A DNA stretch of 64,000 nucleotides from Salpingoeca rosetta (lineage: Eukaryota; Protista; Choanoflagellata): the NCBI GenBank assembly GCA_033442325.1, contig JAWQFM010000018.1, positions 777,730 to 841,729 of the forward strand. The letters run 5' to 3'. A program made the position numbers and the translations under genes. The number at the start of each line of letters is the position of its first letter. Position 1 is the stretch's first letter. A model generated the notes under the pieces. It worked only from the letters and a program-made list of their open reading frames with translations. It searched no databases and was not told the DNA's origin. Shown one piece after another: positions 1-26,976 of the stretch.

Positions 1-5936
<5,936 letters not shown>

Positions 5937-7635
5937 GGTTGTGCGCTGTTCGTCGTCGTGCACAACAGCAGCAGCTTCCGCAAACCGCCGCGGTCTACGA
6001 CAGCACAAATAATGTGCAAACTCACACTGCGGAAAAACAAGTTTGATCGTGTTTGAGCGCCGATTGCGCAAATACAATTGAAACGCCACCACACAAAATG
6101 CGCGTTTCGCTCCACAGGTCTGAAGTGATTATTGGTGGAAGATTTCCACATGATTCCAAAGGAGCTTGGTCAACCGCAAACCCATTTCGATACAGCGTTG
6201 TGTGGTGTTGAGGTTGTGTCGAGCTTGTAGAGTCTGTGGGGCAGATGGACGCCGTCCCACTCGGGTTCAAACCGCGTCTGCACCGCATTTTTTCCCACCC
6301 CACAAACATACCACCTATTCCAACCAACAGGGGGCGCCACTCTGCCCCACAACCGTCCAACACCTTGCCGACGTTTGTTTGTATTTCGCAAAGGCACGCC
6401 GTCCTGTCCTCCTTGCTTGCTTGACGCGACCTCGCTCTCGCACAACACTCAACCCACCAACCAAACACAAGGCGCAAACGCGAGCAACGCACAGCTGCTG
6501 TGTGCAGCGAGGCAACCTACCACGCCCTCTTTCCCTCAGCTCTCTGTCTGTCTCTGCCTCTCCCTCCCCCTCTCCCTGCTCGCCCTTGCGACCTTCGTCA
6601 CCACATTCCCCAACAGCAATAAATATAAATACAAACACAAACAAAGCACAAACCTTCGGGGCAAGAAGTGGGACACACTGTGTTTACTTCTTGTTATGTG
6701 TGTGCCTTCGTTGGCGTCCTCCCCTTTCCGTCTGCCTTGCTGATTCTCCCATGCCCCGCCCACCAAAGCACCGAGGTCCGGCATGATGACCACAACTGAC
6801 CCACGAGTTCTCCCATAACCACACCTTGAACACCGCACAACGTGTTGCCGACAGCACGATGTCGACAAACCCCACCCAACAAGCCAGCCAGCCACCACCA
6901 CGCACCGACCTACCGCATTGCGTCTGGGTTTGGCTTTGTTTGGCTTGCTTGGCTTTTTGTTTGTTTTCCCCCCCTCCTCCTCCTCGTTGCACGCTGTTGA
7001 TGGTGGTGCTGGTGGTGCTGGTGGTGCTGGTGCGGTCTTCTTCTTCTTCTTTTTTTTCGCCTTCCCCCCCTTCCCACCTCTTCCGTTCGTCTTCACACTG
7101 ACCGCCATCGCAGTGGCGTCGCTGTCCTTGTTTGTTGTCTCTTCTGCCTCCGCCTTTTCCATTCACGCGTTCTCGCACCTTCCCTCTCTCCCTCCCACCA
7201 CCCACCGATCGATCGACCGGCAAGCAAGCGTGTGCATTCTTGCTTCGTGTCCACGGATCCTCTCAGCGCACCCCCCTGCACCAGCTAGCTGATCCAGCCT
7301 CGACCGTGTCTCTCCCTCCCACGCACCTTCCTTCATCCTTCATCCTTGTTGTCAGATCCCGTGTTTGATCCGCGATCCGCGATCCCTTCCCCCCTCCATT
7401 CCCTCCCTGTCCTGTTGTCGATCTCATCACAGCGACAGTCCTCCTTCCACAACATAGTGCCCACTGTCACCGCCCCCCCCCCTCTGCATTTGCACTGCGG
7501 TTCCTTGTCCTCTCATCGACTTCTTTCTCCATCTCTCAGTTCTCTCTCCCCGCCCCCTCGCCTCTAGTCCCTCCACGTCGTCCTCCTCTTCGTCGGCAAC
7601 ACCACAACACACCCACCTCGACTGTGTCCCCCACG

Positions 7636-9783
7636 ATGCCGCTCCTGCACTCACAGCATCGCAGCAGCGACGAAGCCACGGGCCGCCCACCAACGCCCAC
7701 CAACGACGCTGGCCTGTCTGCCCAGCCACCGGCCTTGCGCCTCAAGGCTCCCCTCCACGAACGTCGCATGGCAAAGCCCCTGAGTGTTGGCCTCGTCGTT
7801 CCCACAAACGCGGAGCAGCGCCGCCCTTCCTTCTCAGACTCGTACCTCTCCCCAATGTCGGCGTCGTCGGCCACCACCTCCGCCCCGCCCTCTGCCTGGT
7901 CGTCGGGGTCCGTGTCGTCTTCCTTGGACAGCACCCCGTACTCCCAGCGGTCAAGTGACGTGTCTGCACTCTCCTCCCCGCCGCAGGGCTGGGCCAACCC
8001 CTCCACCTCAAGCGCAAATTACCCTTCCACGGGCGTCGACTCGAGCTCCCTCGCATCCATCATCAACGACACCTTGCTCGGCGACTTCTCCTCCCTGCCA
8101 ACCTCAGGTGCGCCTCGCTTGCATGATTGCTTTGCACCGTCAAAGAAGACCCAGAAGAGGAAGAAGAAGAACTGAAGGAAGAGCGAGATGATGAAGAAGA
8201 TGATGAAGAAGAAGGAAGAGCGAGAGTAAGAAGAAGAACGAAGAGCGATATAATGAAGAAGGAAGAATGATATGTTGATGATGAAAGAAGATAATCATGA
8301 AGTGCCTGCCTATTCTGGTCACCCTTTGACCTGTGTGCTCTCCTTTCCTTTCTTCACTCATTCTCACCATTCCTCTCCCTTGTACATAAACACACACACG
8401 CCTTTCCCTCACATCTCCAACCAACCAACCAACCAACAGACGACGGCTTTGCGCAGTGGGGCTTGCCGTGCGAAATTAGCAACCCTCAGCTCAGCAACCT
8501 CATGACGCCGGCCTCAGACTACCCACAGCAGCAGCAGCACCACCACCACCAGCATCATCCCGAACACGACGTGATCACCACCACGTCCTCCTTCTCATCA
8601 AGCGCGTTTCCCAGCTTCGCCCACTTTGACAGCGCCGCCACCCCGCTCGCCTCAGTGGACAAGGACAGCTTCGTTGCGCCCCACTTGTTCCACGACGCTT
8701 CAGACCACCCAGGCACAATCAGCAGCACCTCCACGACAACCTGCAACAGCACCAGCGGCGCATACATCTCGAGCAACAACGCCGCCAGCGGCTGCAGCAG
8801 CAGCAGCAGCAGCAACGACGACAAAGGTGATGCCTACAATGTTGGCGGGGACCAAGACAGTGTGCAGGACATACTCCAGTGGCTCAAGCACGACGCCCCA
8901 ACGGCAAACCTTGCCCTGCCAACGATGGGGCCCCGCTTCCCCAACGCGCCACCACCAACGCGCAGCCCAAACCACCCGTCATCCTCCTCCACTTCAACGG
9001 GTGATGCCGGCAAGCATCGTGACTCCTCTTCCTCTGCTACCGCGCAGCCACCAATGCTTGCAAGCACTCACCCACGCAGCGGCAGCAAGCCCGTCGCCAA
9101 GCGGCAGCGCCGCAAGTCCGCGGGCAGCAGCAACCCAAAGAACAAGAGCAAGCGCTCATCCTCAGCCTCTACCTCCTCCTCCTCCTCCTCTTCCCCTGCA
9201 AAAGGTCAGGGCAACATCTACAAGAAGCAGTACACAACACCAACCCGCTCGAACCCGCGCCGCACTTCGCACGTGCGGACCCGTGGCGCCGTCACCACCA
9301 CCACCACCACCACAGCCAAAATCCAGGACCGTGCCCTCTCTGGCGAAGGGCAGCCGCCCCTCAAGGTGGCCAAGATCGACTCCCGCGGCTCCTGCAGTGA
9401 CACCGAGGGTGGTTCTCCGTCTTCCCTCTCCTCCTCCTCATCATCATCTTCTTCTTCGGCATCCACCAGCGCCACTTCCACCAACTTCACAAGCACGGTG
9501 CACAGCGATGCTGCCATGAACTTCTTTGCGGTTCACGCGCAGAGCTGCCCCACCTCCACTATCCCTGCAAAGGATTATGACGTGTACTATCCCGAGAACG
9601 ACAGCAGCGAGGACGAGGACGGGTCCGACGACGACGACGACGACAACGCAATTGACACGGACGATTCTCAGGATGAGGATGAGGAGCAGCAGGACGACGA
9701 CGATGACGACGACGAATGGGTGCCTGCAAGCACCGCTCGTCGCAATTCAACAAAGACGAAGAGCACGAGCACGCTGTCGACGG

Positions 9784-9829
<46 letters not shown>

Positions 9830-10013
9830 GAAGAACAAGAAGAAGAAGGCCTCGAAGAAGCGCAAGAGTGCCACCTCCCGCTCGGGTCGCCCGGGCACCC
9901 GGCCCACGTCCTCCAACCAAATTATCTGTCCCATCTGCCACGGCGTCGGCCGCAACAGCAAGCGCAAGTGCGTGCGTGCGTGTGTGTGTGTGTGTGTGTG
10001 TAGTAGTAGTGTA

Positions 10014-10069
<56 letters not shown>

Positions 10070-10691
10070 GAGCCTTTTGCGTTGCCTTCGCCATTATCTG
10101 TGGCTCGCCATGGTTTTCTCCACATGGCTCTCACGTTTGCCCTCTGCTTCTCCTCCCCTGTCTTCACCACCACCAACCAGGATCTGCGGCATCTGTTACA
10201 GTGGCCTGTACAACGATGTCAAGAAGGTGGTCCGGGCAAAGCTGCACTTCCGGCTCGGCAAGGATCCAGTCGCTAACCGCGATGGCCTCAAGCAAGGTGC
10301 GTTCTAAATGCGTTTAGCTGGGATGTTGCCCTATCACACCCATGTGGTGCGGTGTTGGCCGTGCCCATGAAATGTGGGCAACCCTTCACGCGCCCACCAC
10401 ACGCCGTTGGCAGCGTGCTTGATCGATTGGTTCCTTATCTTGCTTGCTTTGATTGGGTGTTTGTATTTCATCTCACTGTGTTTACTCACCACGCCTCTCA
10501 CGCCTGATGCGTGTGTTTCATCCATGCCTTCATCAACAGCTCTGAGGAAGCTGCAGCGTGGCTGCAAGCGCAAGTACAAGTGCAAGGAATCTGCCTGGCG
10601 CTACAGCCTTGATCCCGCCGCAAAGTGCACCCGATGCAGAAGCATCCACGTCATCGACGCCATCCCCGACCTGGCCGATATCAGTGCGTTC

Positions 10692-10772
<81 letters not shown>

Positions 10773-11019
10773 ATGTGTGTGTACATGTGTGTATGTGTGT
10801 ATGTGTGTGCATGTGTGCATGTGTGCATGTGTGTGCACATGTGTGTGTTTGTTTGTTTGTATCTTTTTGTGCCCTGCCTTGCCCTGTCTTGCTTTAGCCT
10901 TGTTGCTGCTTCGTCACTGCTCAATTTAATGCTCACTTTGCTCATTCTGGTTTCCTTTTCGCCACCACCTCCCCCCCCCCACTACTTGCTGCTTTGCAGC
11001 CATGTCCTCCTTGTTCTGA
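7636..11019 (+). CDS. Ser/acidic low-complexity protein with C-terminal 8-Cys (C4-C4) zinc finger; putative transcription factor
   Basis: Exons ~7636-8107, 8440-9967, 10181-10296, 10540-10684 and 11000-11019 join in phase at GT/AG. The C-terminus reads CPICHGVGRNSKRKICGICYSGLYNDVKK..LQRGCKRKYKCKESAWRYSLDPAAKCTRCRSIHV. A basic NLS-like stretch KKNKKKKASKKRK precedes it. The 5' end is uncertain. Confidence 0.7.
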
Positions 11020-12313
11020 GCCAGATCTACCAGCCCATATGAACCAACAGCACTATTTTCCTCCTCCCAAGTCGTCGTCATCCTCCTCTAACACACTCTC
11101 CCTCGTCGTGACACGTGCGTGCAACCGCCCACGTCTCGACCCCCAAGATTGCCAGACGTTCGCTCCTCGTCCTGTGTTATGTTCCTCTCTACCTCCACGC
11201 CCCACGTGTTTGTGTTTTTGTTTGTGTTTGTGCCGTCTGTGGTTTTGACCTTTAGTGAGAGGATTCTTCCATCTGCCTCAGCTCCTTCCACCTTCTGCTG
11301 CTGCTGCTGCTGCTTCATATTTGCTGTTGTTCTTGTGCTGTGACACGCGCGATGGTGGCCGTGTTGTTGCAGTGCACCCATGTACCAATACGCGTGAAGT
11401 GCACGACATTCAGACGTGCTGGCGTGTGCTCGTGGTGCCGAGCTCCCCACTTCACCTCTTCTCCGTCCCTCCTCCTTGGGGGGAGGGGGTGCCTCCTTCT
11501 TGGGCTGTCGCCCAGTTTGCACTCTCCCTTTGCACCACCTCTCCCAACTTCTTCCCCTGCCCCGTTTCCCAGTCGTGATAGCTGTGTATCTGCGTTTTGC
11601 CTTCCGTTTCGATGTTCGTTTCACGGCAAACGCATCGCCTATGTGAGTGCTACCGGTTTTGCACTGATCTCGTTTGCAGCGCTGCACGTGCTTTTCTACC
11701 GCTTGCGCTCGTTCCTGCCGTCTCTTGCGCACACGATTCTCTTGTTCTTGACCCTTTTTCGTTGACCTTTCTTTGATCTCTGCTTTTCATTCGATTTGAT
11801 CTCACAATGATGATTTCTCCCCGCGTTACACCCTGCCTTCTTCGGCCATGCTTTCGTTATCACCTGCCATATGCGGCAGACACACCACAACACGATTTTG
11901 AGTTTCTCTCTTTCTTAGCTTATTTTCTTTTTTCCTTGCCTGCCTTATTTTTGCTTTGTTGGTTCGCGTTGCCGCGATCACACACCACGTGCCAGTTGCA
12001 CGACGCACGAGTGTTCTTCCGTTGCTGGTTTATCTTTGTATTGGGTGTCTGTGCCTCCTCTTAGAACTCTGCACCGTCATTTAGCGCATGTGCACATGAT
12101 TGTGGCAAGTGGGCGTTGCTTTCGTTCCGTAGTTCATTGATGCAACCATTCGGCTTACCCCATTGAAGCAACGACAACAACGACAACATGTGCGTGACTG
12201 ATGCAAGCGCGAGGCAATGTACCACGAATCCAAGAGGGTTTGTGAGTGTGTGTGTGTGAGTGTGTGTGTGTGTGTGAGTGTGTGTGTGTGTGTGAGTGTG
12301 TGTGTGTGAGTGT

Positions 12314-12389
<76 letters not shown>

Positions 12390-12409
12390 TTTAATTATAA
12401 TTTTTTTAT

Positions 12410-12509
12410 NNNNNNNNNNNNNNNNNNNNNNNNNNNNNNNNNNNNNNNNNNNNNNNNNNNNNNNNNNNNNNNNNNNNNNNNNNNNNNNNNNNNNNNNNNN
12501 NNNNNNNNN
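12410..12509. other. Assembly gap (N run) flanked by (GT)n
   Basis: Run of n in the sequence. Confidence 0.99.
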
Positions 12510-12568
<59 letters not shown>

Positions 12569-12653
12569 TGCGTGCGCGCGCGTGTACAAGAGAACGTGAA
12601 GAAGAAAGCGAAGAAGGGATGAGATGGGTGCCATCTACCCGAGCCACACCACG

Positions 12654-13528
12654 TCACAAGCGCGGATATGGGTTGCGCCTCGAGTGTAGGTGATGGTGCT
12701 GCTCCCTGGCCAACCCGTGCTTGTCGTCCGCCTGACCACGCCCCCGATCGTCTCCCCCAATCGCTCCATGACTACTCCCGTGCACTCGCCCCGGTTCAGC
12801 ATGCTCCTCGCCCCTTCGTTCTCCAGCACCACCATTGCCACCACCACGGCCACCGCCACGGTTACCACCACGTCCACGTCTGCTGCGCTGATGTTTGCGG
12901 TTGCGGCTCTTCCGTCTCTGCAGGCGATTACCATCGCCGTCACCGCGGTCACCACCACGGCCACCGCCACCATGCCGATCACCGCGGTCACGATGCACAG
13001 CAGCTGCACCACGGTGCTCGCGCTGGCTGTGGCCGTCACCATCCTCTGCATGCCGCTCAAAGTGCTGCGAGTCGCGATGGTGGTGGTGGCGGGAGTAGCG
13101 GTCGAGTGGCTGGGACGGTTGGTGCTGCAGTACATGCTGCTGCTGCTGCTGCCGCTGTTGATGCTGCTGTTGTCGATGCTGGTGCTGCTGCTGTTGATGC
13201 TGCTGCTGCTGTCGATGCTGCAGTACATGCTGTTGATGCTGCTGCTGCTGTCGATGCTGGTGATGCCGCTGTTGCTCAAACTGGAGGGGCGGCGGGTGTT
13301 GTGCATGGTGCACACGCTGCGTGGCGAGGCCACCACCACGCTCCCGTGCTTCGCCCACTGCCACATCACCACGTGGGACTTCGCTCTGTATCAGCTGCGT
13401 CAGGCTGTCTGCCAGGTCATGCACGGTGACGCTTGCCAGCCCCTCTGTCCTCGCCGCAACCTGCAGACCTTGGTCGTTCGTCAGCAGCAGCGCCTTGTCA
13501 AACTGCAGCGGGTTGTGTGTGTGTGTGC

Positions 13529-13585
<57 letters not shown>

Positions 13586-13590
13586 CGTGC

Positions 13591-13634
<44 letters not shown>

Positions 13635-15480
13635 CACACAACGATCAGCCAGTGCATGTGGTCGAGGTGCGATTCACTCTACTTGACCGCCACACACACA
13701 CACATTAACGCACATACACGCACACACACACATGTGCACACACACATGTACACACTCACTCACACACACACACACCTACCTTTGGTCTCGCAAGGCGTTG
13801 TTTTGCAAACAGGGCACACTCCATGATTCGATGGTCATTTGTCAATTGCTTCTGCTCCCACTTGGCAAACACCTGTGGCAGGTGGATGGTGTGTACGTGC
13901 ATGCAACAGGGAAGGTGAACAACAGCACCGCAGTCTTTCTCTTCACAGCCTTGAACACGAGTTATGTTTGCTGCTGCAGCAACAACAACAACAGCAGCAT
14001 CATCATCAACAGCAGCACGATGGGCCTTACCCGGTCCTGTACGCGTTGCACTTGCACCTGTGGATCCTGTCGCTCCAGCCGCCGACGCAAGAACCGAATA
14101 AACGAGCGAGCATGGTACCCGCGCTCAGTGTTGTTCTCCTGCAGTGCCGCGTGGTGCGTGTTGCACCGCGAGTTGGATGTTGGGCGTGATAATGGACGTG
14201 TGGGAATGAATGTGAGGTGATGGCCGGGTGTTTGAGTCGATGGCACAGGATGCAGTGGCAAACTGCGAGTGATCAAGGGTTCTTGAGATTGTGGCAGAGG
14301 AAGAAATATTGACTTGAGAACATTCACACACACACGTACACACACACACGTACACACACACACACACGTACACACACACACACACACACACGTACACACA
14401 CACACACACACACACACACGCACGCACGCACACATGCACACACACACACACACGCACACATGTACACACACACACATGTACACAAACGCACATGCACACA
14501 CACACCTTCATGCGCTCGAGCTCCTTCATGACGATGCGCGGGACGATGATCACAAGTGATCGGTACCAGTCCAGCAGCTGCAGCAGCGTTGTTACATCCT
14601 ACACTCACACGCGCGCGCGCACACACAAACAGTGGCAACGGTTTTAACTTGTGCAGCACGCGAGAAGAGGGCAGAACGACGCTGGATTCAGCACACGACC
14701 CACACACACCCACACACACCCACACACCCACACCCCCCCCCCCACACACACACACGCAACTGACCATTGGGTTGAGGGCGATGCACGTGTCGATGACAGC
14801 GAAAACGGTGCTGACGTCCAGCTGCGGGTTGATGCGCGCACGTGCGCTGGAAGGACTCGCCAGTTTTCCTTTGGACAGCGCGCTCGCCAGCGTATGCTCC
14901 GCAGCCAGGGGCGGAGGTGGCGGCGCACTGCGCTGTTGCTGTTGGTGTTGCGGTTGCTGTTGGGTGTGGTGTTCGTGTGGATACCGTTGCTGGCGCTGCT
15001 GTTCGTGCGTGTATTCTCCCTGCTGCTGCTGCTGCTGCTGCCCCTCCCCATAATCTGGCATGAGAAGGTGCGACCTTGGCTGGTGGTGGTGGATTTCACG
15101 GCGTGTTGCATGGGTGGCGCTGCGTGTCATTGATGGCGACACAGTGCCCGTCTCCCTGAGCCGTTGCGTCCGCACAAGCTGTGGCAGGGGTGAAGAGGTC
15201 ATTTCTCCTCCACCGATCGCGGAGTGCGACAACCCCTGTGACCGTTGCTGCTGCTGCTGCTGCTGCTGCTGGACGGATTCTTCGTGTTGCATGGCACTTC
15301 GAAGCGGCGACAGCGAAATCCCAGCAAACATCGTGTTGAGTGTCTCTGCGAGGGCACGTGCATAGTCATGTACGTGTGATACACATGCAATTGGGTGAGA
15401 ACAGAGGCGACAGCCTTTTAGACTCTCCAATGCGTCCACAACGGATGAGCCAACACGAGAGGCCTGTTTCTGACTCATCA

Positions 15481-15547
<67 letters not shown>

Positions 15548-16643
15548 GCTAACCTGCATTTGGGTCTTGGCGCTTGAGGTGCTGCAGGAGGAGGTCTGTG
15601 TTTCTGAGGAGGGACGCGGGCGCATTGTTGAGCTTGGGGCACTCGCGGAACCACAGTGCTGTCAGCGTGCCCGCTATTCTCCACAGCGACACGGGCAGCG
15701 ATTTCAGGTGCGGCTGCGTACCAATACCAAGTTCGCGCAGGCTCTTCAAGTCGCCAAGCTGTTCGGGCAGCTGTACCAAGTGGTTGTCGTCGACGTTCAG
15801 CACCTGCAGTCGGTGACACTGCGTGATGGTGGTCGGCAGCGCTGTCAATGCGTTGTGGCTCACGTCCACGACTTGGAGGCGCGGCAAGGTGTGCAGGGCA
15901 TCTGGGAGGGTCTGCAGGCTGTTGTGCTTGGCGGAGAGCCGCCGCAGCTGCGTCAGGCACGTCAGCTCATCAGGGAGCGAGCACAGCCTGTTGCGGTCCA
16001 GCACCAAGTTCTGCAGTAGAGCAATGGGCACGGGGTCGCTGAGCCAGCTCACACCATAGCCGACAGTGCGCGGGAAGTAGGCGAGGTTGTTGTCGCTGAA
16101 GTCGGCCGTGAATGTCGTGCGTGCAGCCAGCATGGCCTTGTGAATGAGGGCATGCTCATCCTCAATCATGCTCGCCTGTGCCTGTGCTGTGGCCTGCAAC
16201 ACGTCTTGCTGGATCAGTTCATACTGCTCTTGTTGTTGCTGTTGTGGTGCTTGTTCTTCCCGCTCTTGTTTCTGTCGCTGCTCCTCTTGTTTTTGTTGCT
16301 GTTCCTGGTGGTGGAATTCAGGGACATGCTCACTGTCACCCCCATCATCAGTCTCATCATCTCCCACGACAGGCCTTTGTCCAACACCAACGCTGTCCTC
16401 AACTTCCAGCCCCTCCACCTCTCGCTCTTCTCCTTGCTCTTCTCCTTGCTCTTCTCCTTGCTCTTCTTCTAGTTCGTTATTTGCTTGCTGCTGGATGTGG
16501 GCGACAATGGCGCGAATGATGTCTGCTTTGACACCTTTTGGAGGGCAGCATTTCGGCCAACCAACACCGGGCTGCTTGATCCCAAGGTCCACCGCCAGCT
16601 CCTGCAACTCAACCTTGCTCTTCTCTTCCAACTCAACCTCCAT
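12654..16643 (-). CDS. Rho_N/HeH-like + leucine-rich repeat + PIN (SWT1/SMG6-type) nuclease-domain protein with Q/H- and RGG-rich tail
   Basis: Exon 1 (16643-~15553): [26 protein letters not shown], then about 6 LRRs ([38 protein letters not shown]..). Exons ~15346-14765, 14577-14506, 14138-14031, 13872-13780 and 13502-12654 splice in phase to [73 protein letters not shown], a complete PIN signature. Confidence 0.85.
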
Positions 16644-16761
16644 CGTGTGTCACGACAGCGTCGGCGTTGTGGCAGCAACACAAAACAGTTCACTGACTGA
16701 CTGTGCCACAGTGCAAGTGCAAAGTGTTTTCTCTTATTTCCTCCGCGAAAAAACGGTAACG

Positions 16762-16796
16762 ACTGAATTCAGTGAACCATGTACTCTAGACTGAAA

Positions 16797-16801
<5 letters not shown>
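16762..16801. promoter_or_regulatory. Two ACTGAnnTCAGT motifs upstream of the LRR-PIN gene
   Basis: ACTGAATTCAGT at 16762-16773 and ACTGAAATCAGT at 16790-16801, about 120-150 bp upstream of the ATG at 16643. Confidence 0.4.
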
Positions 16802-24197
<7,396 letters not shown>

Positions 24198-24478
24198 GGC
24201 GGAAGGGAGCAGGTGGTCTCGACTGCTGTGGACTGCTGTGGTCTGGACTGCTGTGGTTGCTTGTTGGTCAGTCGGTCAGTTGAGCCGTGTTGTGTTGTTT
24301 TGTTGGCGGTGGAGAGGCACGAACGAAAAACGCAAGCACAAAGCAAGCAAGCAAGAAGGAAGAAGACGAAGACGAAGAAGAAGAAAGTGCGTGCATTGTC
24401 AGCAACGCCAACCAACAGACACCACCGCTATCTTCCCATCACACGCACACACACACAAGCAACACACGTGCAGTGGGC

Positions 24479-25562
24479 ATGTTCCGGCGGAACAGGAGAC
24501 GGCAAGGGAGCGGCAGCTCGGGCCCCGGTGGGAAAGCAGGCGGTAATGGCGGCAACGGTGGTACGTCGAGGCTGCTGATGAAGGCAAACCTGCGTGGCCC
24601 ATCTGCGCTTGATCGCAACCGTGCGCCGGCATCGGAGACGCTGGCCATCCGCCGCGGTGGACTTGCGGCCGCAGCCAAGACAGCAGAGGTGTCGGCGGAG
24701 CGGCCCAAGTTTGAGCTGCCGCCAGATGACCCGAGCCACCCCTACGACGCCATGACGCTGGTCAAGGGATCCATGGGCGCAGCCCAGTGCCACATCCTTT
24801 CCTTCGTCGGCACCACCGCCAGCGCCAACCTGCACCGGCTGCCGCGGCCGCTGCAGTTCTGGAAGCAGCTGCCCGAGGAGCTGTTTGAGGAGCGCGACGT
24901 GCACGAGGGCGAGGGCAGTGAGTTTGGCTCGCGGCAGAGGGAGCAGGCCCGCCGCCGCCGATACGAGCGTCGGCTCCAGAACCACCCAGAGCTCAGGGAG
25001 GCTGCGCAGCTGTGCTTTGAGGACGGCGAGTCAAAGGAGTACGTCAGCACACGGCGCTCCAGCAAGTCGTCTGGGTACCGCTACTTCTTCGTCATGCCCG
25101 GGGCGGAGGAGGGCGTGTTCCAGGCGGTGCCGGCCGACAACTACTACGAGGTGCGCGCCAAGCCGAAGATGACAACGTTCACGGAGGAGGAGGCCGAGGA
25201 GCTCATGACGAAGAAGAGCATGACCGTCACCAAACTGGAGCGGAAGCTGGAGGACAAGCGCCAGCAGGAGATCTTTGAGCGGCGGCAGCTGCGCGAGCGC
25301 ATGAAGCTCGTCGATAACCCCGATGAGGACGAGCCCGCATATGACGACGAGGAGTCGCGTGATCTCGCGCGTCTTGGCCGCAGGCAGCGCCGCACCAACG
25401 ACGTGAGCCTGGTCAAGTCCATTGAGCAGGACGGCGAGGACGACATTGACAACGTCGAGGACGGGTTTGAGCCGCCAGCAGAGGACCAGGTCTACGCCAT
25501 CCCAGACCAGTCAGGTGTGTGTGTGTGTGTGTGGTTGGGGGGGTGTCTGTTTTCGTACTTTC

Positions 25563-25630
<68 letters not shown>

Positions 25631-26937
25631 ATGTGTGTGTCTGTGTGTCTGTGTGCGTGTGCACGTGTGTCTGTCTGTCTTCTATTTGTGCCCTCGCCTG
25701 AAGCCAAGCGGCTTGTGTCCAGAAACGCTCACATGCCACCATCACCACCATCACGGGGGATCAGACCGGGTGGGGATGGTGCAAGACAGCACGCTTGAGA
25801 GCGGGGAGCAGCGGCTGGAGATGCAGCGCTACTTTGGCGAAAAGGAGGAAGAGGATGAGGACGAGGACGGTGAGCCCGTTGACGAAGACAACGACGATGT
25901 GAAGGAGCAGCAGCAGGAGCGCGAACACGAGCTCAAGTGCGTACACATGTGTTGTGTGTGTGTGTGTGTGTGTGTGAGTGTGTGTGTGTTTGCGATGGGG
26001 TGTGTGTGTGTGTGTGAGTGAGTGTGTGTTTGCGATGGGGTGTGTGTATGTGTTTGCGATTGTGTGTGTGATAGTGAGTGAGTGTGTGTATGTATCTGTG
26101 TGTGTATACGTGAGTGCGCATATAGATGTTTGCATTCGTGCCAATTGCGTGCTTCTTGTTCGGCTCAACTCCACTTGCACAATCACGCTGTGCGTCAGGG
26201 TGTTGCACGGCATTGAGGAAGAGAAGGAGCAGCGCGATGATGAAGAGGAGGAGGAGGAAGGAGGAGGAGAGGGAGAGGAAGACGACGACGATGTGCCTTC
26301 AGACTTTGACCGTAAGTGAGACTGAGCATGTGTGTGTGTGTGTGTGCTCTTTGTCGTGTAATGGAACACATCGCTTGCTCCCGTGCCGCCATCGCTCAAC
26401 TGCATCCACCCTACGCTGCACACATGCACGTATGTATGTGTGTGTGTGTGTATGTGCCTGCAGCTGATGAAGAGCCGGATGACTTGGAGATGGAGGACGA
26501 GGAGGATACGTCCGCGCAAAAGGTGAGTCACGCTGCAAGTGCGGCTGTGTCCGCGTGTGCTCTGTCTTGCATCAATTTTCAGCCTGTTCACGCACATACT
26601 CACACATACTCACACACACACATACACACACATGCTCACAATGACATGCCCATGTTTCGCCTGCGTGCGTTACAGCCTGCATCACAGCGCGGCCGGAAGA
26701 AGAAAGGACAAACAGGTGAAGAGCGCGGGTGGTGTTGAAGGTGGTGGTGTCGGTCGCATGGACGTGCGTTGGGATGACTGCGTTACACTTGCTGTGTGTT
26801 CTTCATCCTGCTCACGCTTCTGCATCCAAATGTGTGTGTGTGTGTGTGCGTGTGTGCGTGTTGTTGTTGTTGTTTGCTTTCTCGTCGCAGGTGCACAAGA
26901 GTCAAAGCGCAAAACAAGGTGAGATGACCGCAACACG

Positions 26938-26976
<39 letters not shown>

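Noticed and set aside
6100-7600. Several short ORFs between COG7 and the zinc-finger gene
   Set aside because: Low-complexity with no recognisable domain; probably promoter, 5'UTR and intron, although extra 5' exons cannot be excluded.
12690-13826. 378-aa + strand ORF with long hydrophobic, membrane-like Leu/Met runs
   Set aside because: It is the antisense of the CAG/CAT-rich (Gln/His) tail of the LRR-PIN gene.
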